64,000 bases of DNA from Mobula hypostoma (lineage: Eukaryota), in the NCBI RefSeq assembly GCF_963921235.1, contig NC_086097.1, forward strand, positions 43,030,001-43,094,000, read 5' to 3'. A program made the translations under genes and the position numbers. Shown piece after piece: positions 24,746 to 38,454 of this stretch; within the stretch, counting starts at the first letter, position 1; every line of letters begins with the position of its first letter. The notes under the pieces are model-generated. The model searched no databases. It saw only the letters and a list, made by a program, of their open reading frames with translations, and was not told the origin of the DNA.

Positions 24746-27607
24746 TGATTTGAATATTGTTAAATCTCACTAATACCACATGGTCAAAATCTGCCTTGAT
24801 GTTGAATCCAGTCACCCTCACTTTATGAAGCAGTGCTGAGTGGTCTAGGCAAAAACTAAACTGGGCAAGTGCCACTTTTTAGCACTGTTGACGACATCTA
24901 TTGCTTTGTCAATGAGTAAGGGCACTGCTCAGAGAAAAATTAGCTGGATTGGATGAATTCTGCTTTTTGTAAGATATACACTGTATACATTTTCCAATCA
25001 TTAGGTTATGTTGTCAGGACCTATTGTTGCATCTAATACGTTCAGATAATGTTGATACATGAAATGAATCAAATTAGCTGAAGAGGCCAAGATGGATCAA
25101 CCACTGGAACCAAAACCCCAGGTGTTTCCAAAGACTTCGGTCTTTTGTTTGTGCCAATATGTTGGGCTCCTCCATAAATGAAAATTAAGCTGGTCATGTT
25201 GGTTGGTTGATCTATTGTCCATCACAGTTTATAAATGGATGTAGTAGGGATGTTTGCTATTTGATCCATAGTTGTGAGATTGCAGTAGCTCTGTGACTGT
25301 CTTTTGTGATTTGCTGTTTATGGTCTTTATAAACAGAATGCAAAAGAAGCTTTTCATAGTACCTTGGTACATGTGACAATAAACCAAAAATAGCGACAAT
25401 AATAGTTTAGGTAGTCCCACGTTGCTAACGTGTTTATCTGGTTTTCACTTCTGTTTTGCACTTCAGTTGTTTTGATCTGGGATTAGTGGCTGAGGTACAA
25501 TCTGTAACAATGAGGTTACAGATTGTATTGGAATACTCTTCCAGCTCGTTTGGCCCGACTGCTAGATGTCTAGAGTTTCCAGATGATCTGTTCTCAGTCT
25601 ATCCAAATTTGCATACTTGTACTCTTACTTTCTTGTGTAGGATTGTCAGTGTGAAGATTGCATTCTGACAATACTGTCATGGGTGTTCACTTCCAGATGA
25701 AATTCAATCAGGCAGTTGTGTCTTCATTTTTTGGTCAGTTTGATCACTTGTGTTACATGTAATGAAGGACACTGATACTCCCTTTGTTTCTAAAATGTTT
25801 TTATTCAAAAGGAGTTTGTTAGGTGAGCAACTTGAGAAATATATTGCTTGTATTTATTTAATCAATACTGTTTTGCTTAAGGATTCCATGTGTACACTGA
25901 AGGGCCAGTTTCTACTTTGCTATCTATCGATTGTTACTTTTTCCAAATTACTACATCGTTTACCTGATGATCAGTCCTGCAGGAGTAGAAGTCTCCAGCA
26001 TTTTCATATCACAAAGATTGAAGCCATTATCTTTGCTTTCCACCATAAGCTGCAACTCCTAGCAAATAGAGTTTGAACTGTGGCCAATCAGTGAGAGAGT
26101 GTGAGAAGAAGAGGAGACTTCACTGAGGTCCACGATTGAAAATTAAAAAGGCAGCGCTTCACTGCAGTTTTTGGAGTTTGAACTGTGGCTAATCAGTGAA
26201 CGGGATTCATTAATAAGGGCGAATAAAAATAAGGCAGGATCGAGTGGAGTGGCCATTGTTGCAGTGGGCCAGTGTTAGAGAGGGGAGGCTTTGGCTCATC
26301 CGGCTTAGGTGAGGTAAGTATCTGGTAAGTTTCTTCTTTTTTCTTCATTCCTCATCTGTTAGGGCATAGTTAGAGCAATGAGAATGACTCCAGGGGAAGT
26401 GTTATGTTCTTTGTACAAGATTTATAGCCTTCCAGATAACCATATCTTCACCAGGTGCACTGAGCTGCAGCTCCTCAGAGAACATATGGGAGACTGAAGA
26501 AGTGATCGGAGCTATAGGGAAGTAGTCACCCCTAGGTTGCAGGAGGCAGGTAACTGGATGACTATCAAGTGAAGAAGGGAATGGACAGCCAATACAGAGT
26601 ACTCCTGTTGCTGTACCACCTCACAAATAAGTGTACCATTTTGGATACTGTTGAAGGGGATTAACTACCGGGGGGGGGGGCGGACTGCAGCAAACGGGTC
26701 TCTGGTGGTGAGTCTGGGGTCGTGGCTCAGAAGAGAAGAGAGGTGAAGAGGACTGCAATAGTGATAGGAGATTCACTATTAGAGGAATATAAATATGATT
26801 CTGTGGGTGCAATAGAGACATCCGGGTGGTAAGTTGCCTCTGGGGGCCAGGGTCAGGGATATCTCAGATCGGTTCCATGCCATTCTAAAGGGGAAAAGTG
26901 AGCAGCCAGAAGTCTTGATACATATTGGCACCAATGGCATAGGTGAATGGAAAATCAGGTTGGTACTGGACCCCAAGAAAGGGAGTTTGTGGGGTGCCTC
27001 CAAGATAGATTCTTAGAGCAGCTTGTACTGGAGCCTACCAGGGAGAAGGCAATTCTGGATTTAGTGTTGTGTAATGAGCCAGATTTGATAAGGGAACTCG
27101 AGGTAAAGAAGCCATTAGGCGGTAGTGACCATAATATGATAAATTTTAATCTACAATTTGAGAGGGAGAAGGGAAAATCGGAAGTGTCAGTATTACAGTT
27201 GAACAGAGGGGACTATGGAGCCATGAGGGAGGAGCTGGCCAAAGTCGACTGGAAAGATACCCTAGCAGGGATGACAGCGGAACAACAATGGCAGGTATTT
27301 CTGGGAATAATACGGAAGGTGCAGGATCAGTTCATTCCAAAGAGGAAGAAAGATTCTAAGGGGAGTAAGGGGCGACCGTGGCTAACAAGGGAAGTCAAGG
27401 ACAGTATAAAAATAAAAGAGAAGAAGTATAACATAGCAAAGATGAGCGGGAAGTCAGAGGATTGGGAAACTTTTAAAGAGCAACAGAAGATAACTAAAAA
27501 GGCAATATGGGGAAAGAAGATGAGATATGAAGGTAAGCTTACTAAGAATATAAAGGAGGATAGTAAAAGCTTCTGTAGGTATGTGCAGTGGAAAAAATTA
27601 GTTAAGA

Positions 27608-30600
27608 ATGGATAGGTGGGGAGCCCAGTAATACATTTTAACATTTGGTAGGGCAAAACCACCTGCTTCCTTGGGCTTTGACAAGTGTTTTTTAGTAATT
27701 ATAATAGCTTTATAATTCCAAATGAAGGGTATAATAATTGAATCCAATTGCTTAAAATATGACAGAGGAATAAAACATGGAATTGACTGGAAAAGATGAA
27801 GAAATCGTGGCAGTACAATCATCTTGATTGTGTTTACCCTCCCCACCAATAAAATTGGAAGGGTTTTCCAAAAGTCAATATTGTGTTTAACCTGCTCAGC
27901 GTTGTTTCGCCAATTCACTTGCAAAACGTTGTCTGGGTTTTTTTGTAATGGTCACGCCAAGATAGGAAAAATTATCATAAGTGATTTTATAACTTGATTT
28001 TAACTGACATGTGGCTGTTGTGTTTTACTATTTATTGTTATCTTTATTATTTAGTGTTGCGTTTGTTATGTTATGATTGCACTGCTCCTGAGAAACGCTG
28101 TCTCATTCTGCCCTGCAGAGCTGATGTACGGTTAGAATGACAATAAAGTTTTTTGAATTTTGAATCTTGAATTTTTAAAGGGAATGGACTGTAAATATGC
28201 TGTATTAACCAGTGCAGTGACTGGCATTAGTTCACTCTTATCCCAATTAATAGAGAACCCTGAGAAACTACCAAAATTATCAATTAGAGTCAGAAGGGCA
28301 GGTATTGATGTTTGTGGGCTGGAGATATATAAAAGGACATCGTCAGCGTATAACAAAAGGTGATGTTTATGCCCATGCATATCAATGGGAGATATCAAAG
28401 GGTCCTGTCTGATGCTAACAGCCAGTGGCTCAATGATAATTGCAAACAAAAACGGAGGAGGGGGCAGCCTTGACGAGTCCCACGATGAATTGCAAAAGGG
28501 GAGGAAATATTCTGATTAGTGATAATCGAAGCAGATGGGTATGAATAAATTATCTCAATCCATTTAATGAAAGATGGTCCAAATCCAAATTTCTTAAGTG
28601 CAAACATCATATATGGCCATTCCACTTGGTCAAACGCACATTGCACATCTAATGAAATGACTACAGCCTCTTCTGCATGTTTTGTATATAAAATATTGAA
28701 AAGACGATGCAAATTGAAATACATATGTCCACCTGGCATAAAGCCAGTTTGATCTGGATGAATAAAAGAACAAATGCATTCTTTTAACCTATTGGCCAGG
28801 ACTTTCCCAAGCATTTTAGTTTCAATGGGCCCCAGCAAAATGGGGCGATATGATGAAACCACCTCAGGATCATGACCTGGTTTTGGAATCAGAGAAATAT
28901 TAGCTTTACATGAAGTGAGTGGCAATCTGGAAGCTATCCCAGAGTGATTCAAGATTCGTAAGAGCAGAGGTGACAATTTTGGACCAAATACTTCGAAGAA
29001 TTCCATGCTAAAACCATCTGGACCCACTGCCTTATTATTAGGGAGGGAGGAGATGACCTTCTTGATCTCATCTAGGCTTATATCAGCATCAAGTGTATTT
29101 ACTGAATCTGTTGACAGCATGGGCAGATTCAGATTATCAAAAAATGCTTCCATAGCTTCAATGTCCGGACCGCCTTGTGATTGGTAAACATTAGCATAGA
29201 ACTCTGCAAAACACTTATTAATTTTTTCTGGGTCCTTCAATAAAAAGCCATCTTTCGCCTTTATACGATGTATGGCCCTGGAGGCCTACATCTTTTTCAA
29301 CTGACGGGCTAATAACTTATGGGGCTTTTCACCAAGCTCAAAATACCTCTGTCTGACTTGTGTCAGTAGTTTTGAAACACTCTTGGACATTATAGAATTA
29401 TACTCATACCGTAAGGCAGTAATCTTATTAAGTAATTCTGCTTCCTGGTTTATTTTGTAAGAAGCTTCCAGATTTACCAGCTGATCATCTATTTCCGTTA
29501 ACCTTCTCTTGAATCTTCTTTTTTCCACTGTCTCATATGCTATTATGCAACCTCTAATAACCGCCTTCATGGCCTCCCAAAGAGTGGAATCATCAACACC
29601 GCCCACATCATTGGTGCTTAAGTATAGATCTATCTTATCTGAAAGATAAGAGCAAAAATCCTTATCCTTTAGCAAAGCATTATTTAAATGCCAACTATAT
29701 TCACCTCTTTTGTGGTTCAATTGGAGTATAAGGGAGACAGGAGTATGATCCGATATAAGTATATTATGGTAAGTGCAACCAGCTACTGATAAGACCAATT
29801 AGAATTTATGTACTGCAGAGAAATATGAAAAATCCTTCTTCGTGGGATTAAGAAGCCTCCAAATATCCACTATGTTATATGATTGCATGAGTTTATTAAA
29901 TGTTACACTAAGTGAACAAACTTGGGGACGTTGTCTATCTAGGAGGGAGTTCAAGATGCAGTTAAAGTCTCCACCTACAATTATGTTAGAGTCAGACAGA
30001 TTAGGCATGGCCTTAAAGAGGTTCTGAAAAAAAATTGGATCATCAAAGTTGGGCCTGTACACATTCACTAGTGTCAATGGTATAGAATTTAATATTCCAC
30101 TTACTATTACATATCTGCCCCTCAGGTCAGCGATAGTTTGTGTGTGAATAAATGCTATGGGTTTTTTTTTTATTAGGATTGCAACATCTCTAGTTTTAGT
30201 ACTAAAATTCGACTGGTAGACCTGAAATGCCCAGGAGGTACAAAGCACTTTTGCTGCTGTTTTCTTAATGTGCGTTTCTTGGGGAAAACAAATATCAGCT
30301 TTGAGTGTTCGAAGATGTGCATACACCTTCCCTCTCTTCAGTGGACTATTCATCCCCCGTACATTCCAGCTGACAAGTTTATTCTCACCAATGCTGTGCA
30401 TATGTGACTTAGATGTCATATCTGCTGCTTAACAAAAAAAAAATGCTGTATGGTCGTGGCATAACACAAACTGTAACTCGAACAAATAGATGTGCTGTAA
30501 CAACCCCTTGAGAAACACAAAAAACCCTCCCAAAAATAAAAACACACCAGGAGTAGTACTTCCGTACCTTTAACCTAGAGTCAAAGCTATATCCAAGAGC

Positions 30601-33146
30601 CAACACATGGCCCGGAATAGCGAGTTAACTACCCATTACTCACTAAACACAGGAGAAACACCTCTTCACAAATCCACTATGAAATATAAAAATAAACAAT
30701 AACAATCAGTCCTCGCCCACATCTTAGTGTGAGCTTATTTTTCAGTTCCTCATGCGCTGAACATAACAAACAGTCTCCAGATGAAGCCACTATCGACCAA
30801 CGACGAATCCAGTAACCCAGCGTTAATCCGCTTTTAGGTTGATACAGTGTCCGAATGCCAACCTTTAACTTCTCGGCTCAGGAACTCCTCCACTACGGCT
30901 GCAGTGCTGAATGTACTGGTGGTATTGTTAACTGTAACCACAAACCTCACCGGATACCAGAATCCACACCTAATTTTCCTGGCTTTGCATTTCTCCTTAA
31001 TGTGCTGAAAATCCTGCCGTTTCCTCATGGTAGCCGAGGTTAAGTCCGGGTAAATGAACACTGGATGCCTGTCATATAGCGGTGGAGCTCTCTCCCTGGA
31101 CACCCGTAGCACCAGCTCTTTAACCTGGTAGTGGTGTAGCCTTGCAATAATAGCTCTTGGTCTACTATTTTTAGCAGGTGCTAGGCTCCGGTGGGCATGG
31201 TCCACTTCAATCGGCTGGTGGAAATGTTCTTCCCCCAGCAACTTCGGAAGCAACGTGGCTACAAATTCCATCGGCTTATTGTTTCGGCTTTCTCCTGAAC
31301 CCCAATACTGTAATGCGAATTTTTTGACGGCAAGACCGAGCTTCAAGGTCATCCACTTTAGCCTGTAGCTGTGTGTTTTGGGATATTAGGCCATCAAGCC
31401 ACCTCTCCAACTCTTCGATTCGCCTCTCATACGATTCTGCGGCATCCTCCATTAAAGAAACACGCTTACTGACTTCGGTTAGAGCCACTGTTAGGTTCAT
31501 GATTGACTTATTATGCTCTGCATGTCTCCCGTTTACCAAACTGTACAGTTTGTTTACCACCACAAAGACTTCTTCAATGGTAGTTGGGCCCAGGGCGCTA
31601 GCAGCATTAGCTTTAGCTTCTCCTGAGCCCGCTAGCTTCGCGGAACCCTCACCAGAATCTTCTTTTCCTGTGCCCTTTTCTTGTTTCTTCCCTGTACCTG
31701 GCTTTGTCATTTCATTCAGCCCGTTACAGCTCACTTAAGTCACTTAAAAAATAAGAATTAACTGCTATTTGAGTGAGGCAAAAGGTGAAGGTAGGTGCAG
31801 CTCCTGAGACACACGTCTACTCCATACCAAGACCCCACGTGACCGCCCCCCCCACAATCCATTCTTGCATGGTGGAAAAAAGGCCCACCCTCTACCTCAG
31901 ACTCGTGTCCAGCATGGTTACTCATAGAGCAAATGCTTTGTAAGAAGACTTCCTTACCAGGTCTCCTTAATAGCCCCACTGCAGTTAATAAGTCACATTT
32001 TAGTAACAGCTTTGTGGTTAATAAGAATTTGGAAGCAGATTCAACTACACATTAAGGCCCCAAACACTTATATTGACACTCCGATTTGTGACAATCATTC
32101 CTTTTTGCCTGACCAGATTGATACTGTTTTTTCTATCTGGAAACAGAGAGGCATCTGTAGTGTAGGTGACCTATATATTAATGGAAACTTTGCCTCACTT
32201 GCGCAGTTACAAGCAGTTTACAGTACCCCTCCATCTGTTTTTTTTTAGATATTTAAAAATTTGAAATTATGTTAGGAAATATATACCTAACTTCAAAGTT
32301 TTAGACAAACATGAGTCCTTGGAGGCAATAAATAAATCTGATCCTGTTACTCGTAGTGCGGTATCCTATTTTTATCAGATCCTACGTAATGGAGCTCTGG
32401 TGAACACTGCAGGTTTTAAACAGGCATGGGTGGATGAATTAGGTATAGAACTGATAGAGGAGGTCTGGGATGAGTGTTTAAAGAGTATACATGATTGTTC
32501 GGTCAATGTCAGACACAGACTTATGCAGTTTAAAACAATACATAGACATAAATATTCCAAAGGAAAGTTGCCCTGATATTTCACTAGTTTGTAATAGATG
32601 TAAATCTGTGAACAGTAACTTGTCACATTCATTCCAGTCATGTTGTAAGCTTTATGCATACTGGAAAAGTATTTTTCACTGTTTCTGAGGCTTTTGGGAA
32701 GCGGTGGGAACCAGACCCGCTCATAGCCATCCCTGGAGAAACAAGCTCCCTATCTTCAGCCAATAAGTATGAAAAAATGGCTGTATTGTTTGGAACGGTG
32801 ATTGCTAAGAAGTTAATCCTGCAAATGTGGAAAATGGACTCTGTGCCTACATACGATCTGTGGCTGAGAAAACTGGCAAATACTTTAAATTTGGAGAGAC
32901 TGAGACTATATAATGAGGACAGAGGAGACATCTTTGAAAGGATATGGGGCCCTGTATTGGACTTTCTCACGGGGTGAGGACTGAGGTTTTTTGGTAAGAT
33001 GCACCTCTGCTGTGTATGTTTACTTTTGCCTTTATATTTTTCTCCCTTTTGCTGCTCAATATTTAATTAGATTTTGTTATGGTTGTGGTTTTTGTGAATG
33101 TATTGTATTTTTTGTGTTTTTTTTGCTTGTTTGTAATAAATTTAAA
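27608..33146. mobile_element. Full-length L1-clade LINE with 5' inversion (5' 4.2 kb on -, 3' 1.3 kb on +)
   Basis: Minus strand: ORF1 (31734-30834), endonuclease SWNVRG/PQETH/GGDFN, RT YADD. Plus strand from 31857: C-terminal region and AATAAA with A tail. TSD AAAAAATTAGTTAAGA (27592-27607, 33147-33162). Confidence 0.92.
27991..28171 (+). mobile_element. Short LINE 3'-end insertion with (TTTGAA)-like tail inside the L1 RT region
   Basis: AATAAA followed by TTTTGAA/TCTTGAA repeats; interrupts the minus-strand L1 frame. Confidence 0.6.
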
Positions 33147-35716
33147 AAAAAATTAGTTAAGACCAAAGTTTGGGCCCTTGAGGACAGAAATGGGTGAATT
33201 TATTATGGGGAACAAGGAAATGGCAGACGAGTTGAACGGGTACTTTGGATCTGTCTTCACTAGGGAAGACACAAACAATCTTCCAGATGTAATAGTGGCC
33301 AGAGGACCTAGGGTAACGGAGGAACTGAAGGAAATTCACATTAGGCAGAAAATGGTGTTGATGGGATCTGAGGCTGATAAATCCCCAGCGCCTGATAGTC
33401 TGCACCCCAGGGTACTTAAGGAGGTGGCTCTAGAAATTGTGGACACATTGGTAATCATTTTCCAATGTTCTGTAGATTCAGGATCACTTCCTGAGGATCG
33501 GAGGGTAGCTAATGTTATCCCACTTTTTAAGAAAGGAGGGAGAGAGAAAACAGGGAATTATAGACCAGTTAACCTGACATCAGTGCTGGGGAAGATGCTG
33601 GAATCAATTATAAAAGATGAAATAGCGGCACATTTGGATAGCAGTAACAGGATCGGTCTGAGTCAGCATGGATTTACGAAGGGGAAATCATGTTTGACTA
33701 ATCATCTGGAATTTTTTGAGGATGTAACTATGCAAATGGACAAGGGAGAGCCAGTGGGTGTAGTGTACCTGGACTTTCAGAAAACCTTTGATAAGGTCCC
33801 ACAAAGGAGATTAGTTGGCAAAATTAGAGCACATGGTATTGGGGGTAGGGTACTGACATGGATAGAAAATTGGTTGGCAGACAGGAAACAGAGAGTAGGG
33901 ATTAACGGGTCCCTTTCAGAATGGCAGGTAGTGGGGTACCGCAAGGGTCGGTGCTGGGACTGCAGCTATTTACAATATACATTAATGATTTAGATAAAGG
34001 GATTAAAAGTAACATTAGCAAATTTGCAGATGACACAAAGCTGGGTGACAGTGTGAAATGTGAGGAGGATGTTATGAGAATGCAGGGTGACTTGGACAGG
34101 TTGGGTGAGTGGGCAGATGCATGGCAAATGCAGTTTAATGTGGATAAATATGAGGTTATCCACTTTGGTGGCAAGAACAGGAAGGAAGATTACTATTTGA
34201 ATGGTGTTAAGTTAGGAAAAGGGTAAGTACAATGAGATCTAGGTGCCCTTGTTCATCAGTCACTGAAAGTAAGCATGCAGGTACAGCAGGCAGTGAAGAA
34301 AGCTAATGGCATTTTGGCCTTCATAACAAGGAGAGTTGAGTATAGGAGCAAAGAGGTCTTTCTGCAGTTGTACAGGGCCTGGTGAGACCACACCTGGAGT
34401 ATTGTGTGCAGTTTTGGTCTCCAAATTTGAGGAAGGATATTCTTGCTATTGAGGGAGTGCAGCGTATATTCACAAGGTTAATTCCCGGGATGGCGGGACT
34501 GTCATATGTTGAAAGATTGGAGCGACTGGGCTTGTATACACTGGAATTTAGAAGGATGAGAGGGGATCTGATTGAAACATAAAAGATTATTAAGGGATTG
34601 GACACGCAAGAGGCAGGAAACATGTTCCCAATGTTGGGGGAGTCCAGAACCAGAGGCCACAGTTTAAGAATAAGGGGTGGGCCATTTAGAACGGAGTTGA
34701 GGAAAAATTTTTTCACGCAGAGAGTTGTGAATCTGTGGAATGCTCCGCCTCAGAAGGCAGTGGAGGCCAATTCTCTTGATGCTTTCAAGAACGAGTTAGA
34801 TAGAGCTCTTAAAGATAGTGGAGTCAAGGGATATGGGGAGAAGGCAGGAACGGGGTGCTGATTGTGGATGATCAGCCATGATCATAGTGAATGGCAGTGC
34901 TGGCTCGAAGGGCTGAATGGACCTCCTGCACCTATTGTCTATTGTAGGAAAGGTGAGGAGGTCCTGGAGAGAGATTTTAAGCAGCTAGGAAGAAAGCTGG
35001 AAACCAGGACCACCAGGGCAGTAATCTCTGGATTGCTGCCACATGTCATGAGAGTAAGAATAGGAACATCTGGCAGATAAACATGTGGCTGAAGAACTTA
35101 TGCAGGGGACAGGGGTTCAGATTTCTGGATCACTGGGATCTCTTCTGGGGAAGGTACAACCTGTATATATTTTTTAAAAAAGGGATGGGTTACATCCCTG
35201 GACCAATATCCTTGTGGACAGGTTTGGTCGAGCTGTTCAGGAAGGTTTAAACTTATTTGTCAGGGGCATGGAAATCGGAGGGATAGGGCTGAGGATGAGG
35301 CAATATTGTAGTCAGCGGGATGAGTTGCAATGAAAAAGGGGGTCAAAATCAAAAAGGATTGTGCTGATTTTACCTTAACTCCTGAATAAGCCATTATCTA
35401 TATCTTTCACTGTCGACTTCACCGCTCAACTGTTCGCTTAGCTCCAAAGATTCAGTTCTTTATATGGTAAATTATAATATCATTATTCAGGGAGTAACTG
35501 TTGTTGGCTACTCCCAATATGGGCATGCTTTCATTTAAAGTGATGCCTTCTGGGGCAGTTGTAGCACAGCATTGGGATCCTGACATAAAGTCACCTTTTT
35601 AATTATTTTGAAATATTTCCCAGCTCTGCTCATTCCTGATCATTCTCCCTCTAATATCACTCTATCACTCTTCCTCTAATCCCCATCCTCTTGTCATCAG
35701 GAAAAATAACAGTATA

Positions 35717-37326
35717 CAATGCATTTAAAAAGTATTCACACCACTCCACACCTGGAGGTTTTCATGTTTTATCGTTTTACAACATTGAATCACAGTGGAT
35801 TTAATTTGACTTTTTTTGACACTGATCAACAGAAAAAAGACTCTTGTGTCAAAGGGAAAAACAAATCTCTACAAAGTGATCTAAATTTTTTTACAAGTAT
35901 AAAACAGAAAATAATTGATTACATAAGTATTCACTCCTTTAATATGACACACCAAATCATCACTGGTGCAGCCAATTAGTTTCAGAAGTCACATAATTAG
36001 TTAAATGGAGATCACCTGTGTAGAGTCAGGGTAATTCCAATAGATTGTAGTAAAAATACACCTGTGGTGGGAGGGTCCAACTGCTGCTAAGTCAGTATCC
36101 TGGCAGAAACTACACCACAAAGACAAAAGAACACTCCAAGCAACTCTACAAAAAAGGTTATTGAAAAGCACAAGTCAGGAGATGGATACAAGAAAATTTG
36201 CAAGTCACTAAATATCCCTTGGGCTACAGTTAAGTAAATCATCAAGACATGGAAAGAATATGGCACCTAGAGCAGGCCATCCTTGAAAATTGAGTCACTG
36301 TGTAAGAAGGAGACGAGTGAGGGAGGCCACCAAGAGACCTATGTCAACTCCGGAGGAGTTACAAGCTTCAGTGGCTGAGATGGGAGAGACTGCACATACA
36401 ACAACTGTTGCCCAGGTGCTTCACCAGTCGCAGCTTTATGGGAGAGTGGCAAAGAGAAAGCTACTGTTGGGAGAAAAAAAACTCATGAAATCTTGGCTAG
36501 AGTTTGCCAGAAGGCATCTGGGAGACTCTGAAGTCAGCTGGAAGAAGATTCTATGGTCTGCCGAAACCAGAATTGAGCTTTCTGCCCAACAGTCTAAATG
36601 CTATGTTTGGCGTAAGCCGAACATTGCATATGATCAAAAAAACATAATCTGTACTGTGAAGCACAGTGGTGGCTGCATCATGCTGTAGTGGTGCTTCACT
36701 GCAGCAGGCCCTGGAAGGCTTGTGAAGGTAGAAGGTAAAATGAATGCAGTAAAATACAAGGAAATCATGAAGGAAAATCTGTTGCAGTCTGCAAGTGAAC
36801 TGCGATTTGGGAGAAGGTTTGTTTTCCTGCAAGACAGTGACCCCAAGCATAAAGCCAATGCTACACAGCACCAAGCACAAAGCTTAAGAACAACAAAGTT
36901 AATGTCCTGGAGTGGCCAAGTGGCTGGACTTCAAGAGGACTGTTCACTCATGATGCACATGCAATCTGATTGAGTTTGAGCATTTTTGTAAAGAAGAATG
37001 GGGAGAAATTGCAGTGTCCAGCTGTGCAAAACTGATGGGGACCTGCCCACACAGACTCGGGGCTGTGTAATTGCTGCCAAAGGTGTGTCTACTAGATACT
37101 AACTTGATGTGGGTGAGTAATTAGGCAATGAATTATTTTGTGTTTAATAGTTGTAATAGGTTTAGACTAATATGTAGAAATTTATTTTCACTTTGACACA
37201 GAAGTCTTTTCTGTTGATCAGTGTCAAAAAAAGCCAAATTAAATCCACGGTGATTCAATGCTGCAGAACAATAAAACACGATAACTTCCAAAGGTGGGGG
37301 GGAATGAATACTTTTTATAGACACTA
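35717..37326 (+). mobile_element. Tc1-like transposon with about 200-bp TIRs and degenerate transposase
   Basis: Inverted ends AAAAAGTATTCAC / GAATACTTTTT with a TA left flank; WKKILWSAETRIEL, TVKHSGG and FLQDSDPKH motifs. Confidence 0.9.
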
Positions 37327-37764
37327 TGCTTCACACATAATGGATTCATTGCCTAATAGATTTAAAGGGCTCAGTTACATCCACTTGATGTGCCAGCTAA
37401 AGAGTGTTCATCTCAGACAAAATTTCTCAGAAAAAAAAATATTTTATGCAACAGAGTTGGTGTATAACTAGCAGCAATTTTTCATTTGTAAAATTGCTGT
37501 GATAGTAGCATAATGTGTTTGCATTGAACATTACAATGCAGTACAGGGCCTTCTGCCACAAAGCCATGTTGATTTCTTTTTAACCTACTCGCTTCTACAT
37601 AACCCTCCATTTTTTCTATTACCTGTGTGCCTATCCTCCCTGTACTTTCCTCCATTCACCTTAAAATTATACCCCTCTTTTTAGCCACTTCCACCGCGAG
37701 AAGATTGTTTGGCTATACACCCTGTCTTCCCTCTTATCATCCTGTAATAACTATTGGGTTATTT

Positions 37765-38452
37765 GGGGTCCGAGTCCATAGGACACTCAAAGCTGCTGCG
37801 CAGGTTGACTCTGTGGTTAAGAAGGCATACGGTGAATTGGCCTTCATCAATCATGGAGTTGAGTTTAAGAGCCGAGAGGTAATGTTGCAGCTATATAGGA
37901 CCCTGGTCAGACCGCACTTATAGAGTACTGTGCTCAGCTCTGGTCGCCTCACTACAAAAAGGACAGGGAAACCATAGAAAGGGTGCAGAGGAGATTTACA
38001 AGGATGTTGCCTGGATTGGGGCGCATGCCTTATGAGAACAGATTGAGTGAACTCGGCCTTTTCTCCTTGGAGCGACGCATGATGAGAGGTGACCTGATAG
38101 AGGTGTTCAGGATAATGAGAGGCATTGATCATGTGGATAGTCAGAGGTTTTTCCCCAGGGTTGAAATGGCTAGCATGAGAGGGCATAGTTTTAAGGTGCT
38201 TGGAAGTAGGTACAGAGAAGATGTTGGGTAAGTTTTTTTTATGCAGAGCGTGGTGAGTGCATGGAATGGGCTGCCGGCGGCAGTGGTGGCAGAAAAGATA
38301 AGGTCTTTTAAGAGACTTCTGGATGGGTACATGGAGCTTAGAAAAATAGAGGGCTATAGGTAAAGCCTAGGTAGTTTCAAGGTAGGGACATGTTTGGCCC
38401 AGCTTTGTGGGCCGAGAGGCCTGTATTGTGCTGTGGGTTTTCTATGTTTCTA
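37765..38452 (+). mobile_element. CR1 3' fragment (same subfamily as 6395-7496)
   Basis: Near-identical sequence and TTTCTATG tail. Confidence 0.88.
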
Positions 38453-38454
38453 CT

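Larger units (their letters stand above)
26944..34944 (+). mobile_element. CR1 ORF2 and 3' UTR with (CTATTGT) tail, split by an L1
   Basis: ORFs 26947-27615, 33178-33993 and 33921-34226 (KFADDTKLG); TAGG duplicated at both ends. Confidence 0.9.
26069..35340 (+). mobile_element. CR1 5' region with SGNH/esterase-type ORF1, split by an 8-kb nested insertion
   Basis: GARVRDISDR..ILKGKSEQPEVLIHIGTNGIG (to 26943) continues as RKGEEVL..LGRKLETRTTRAVISGLLP at about 34945. Confidence 0.8.
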
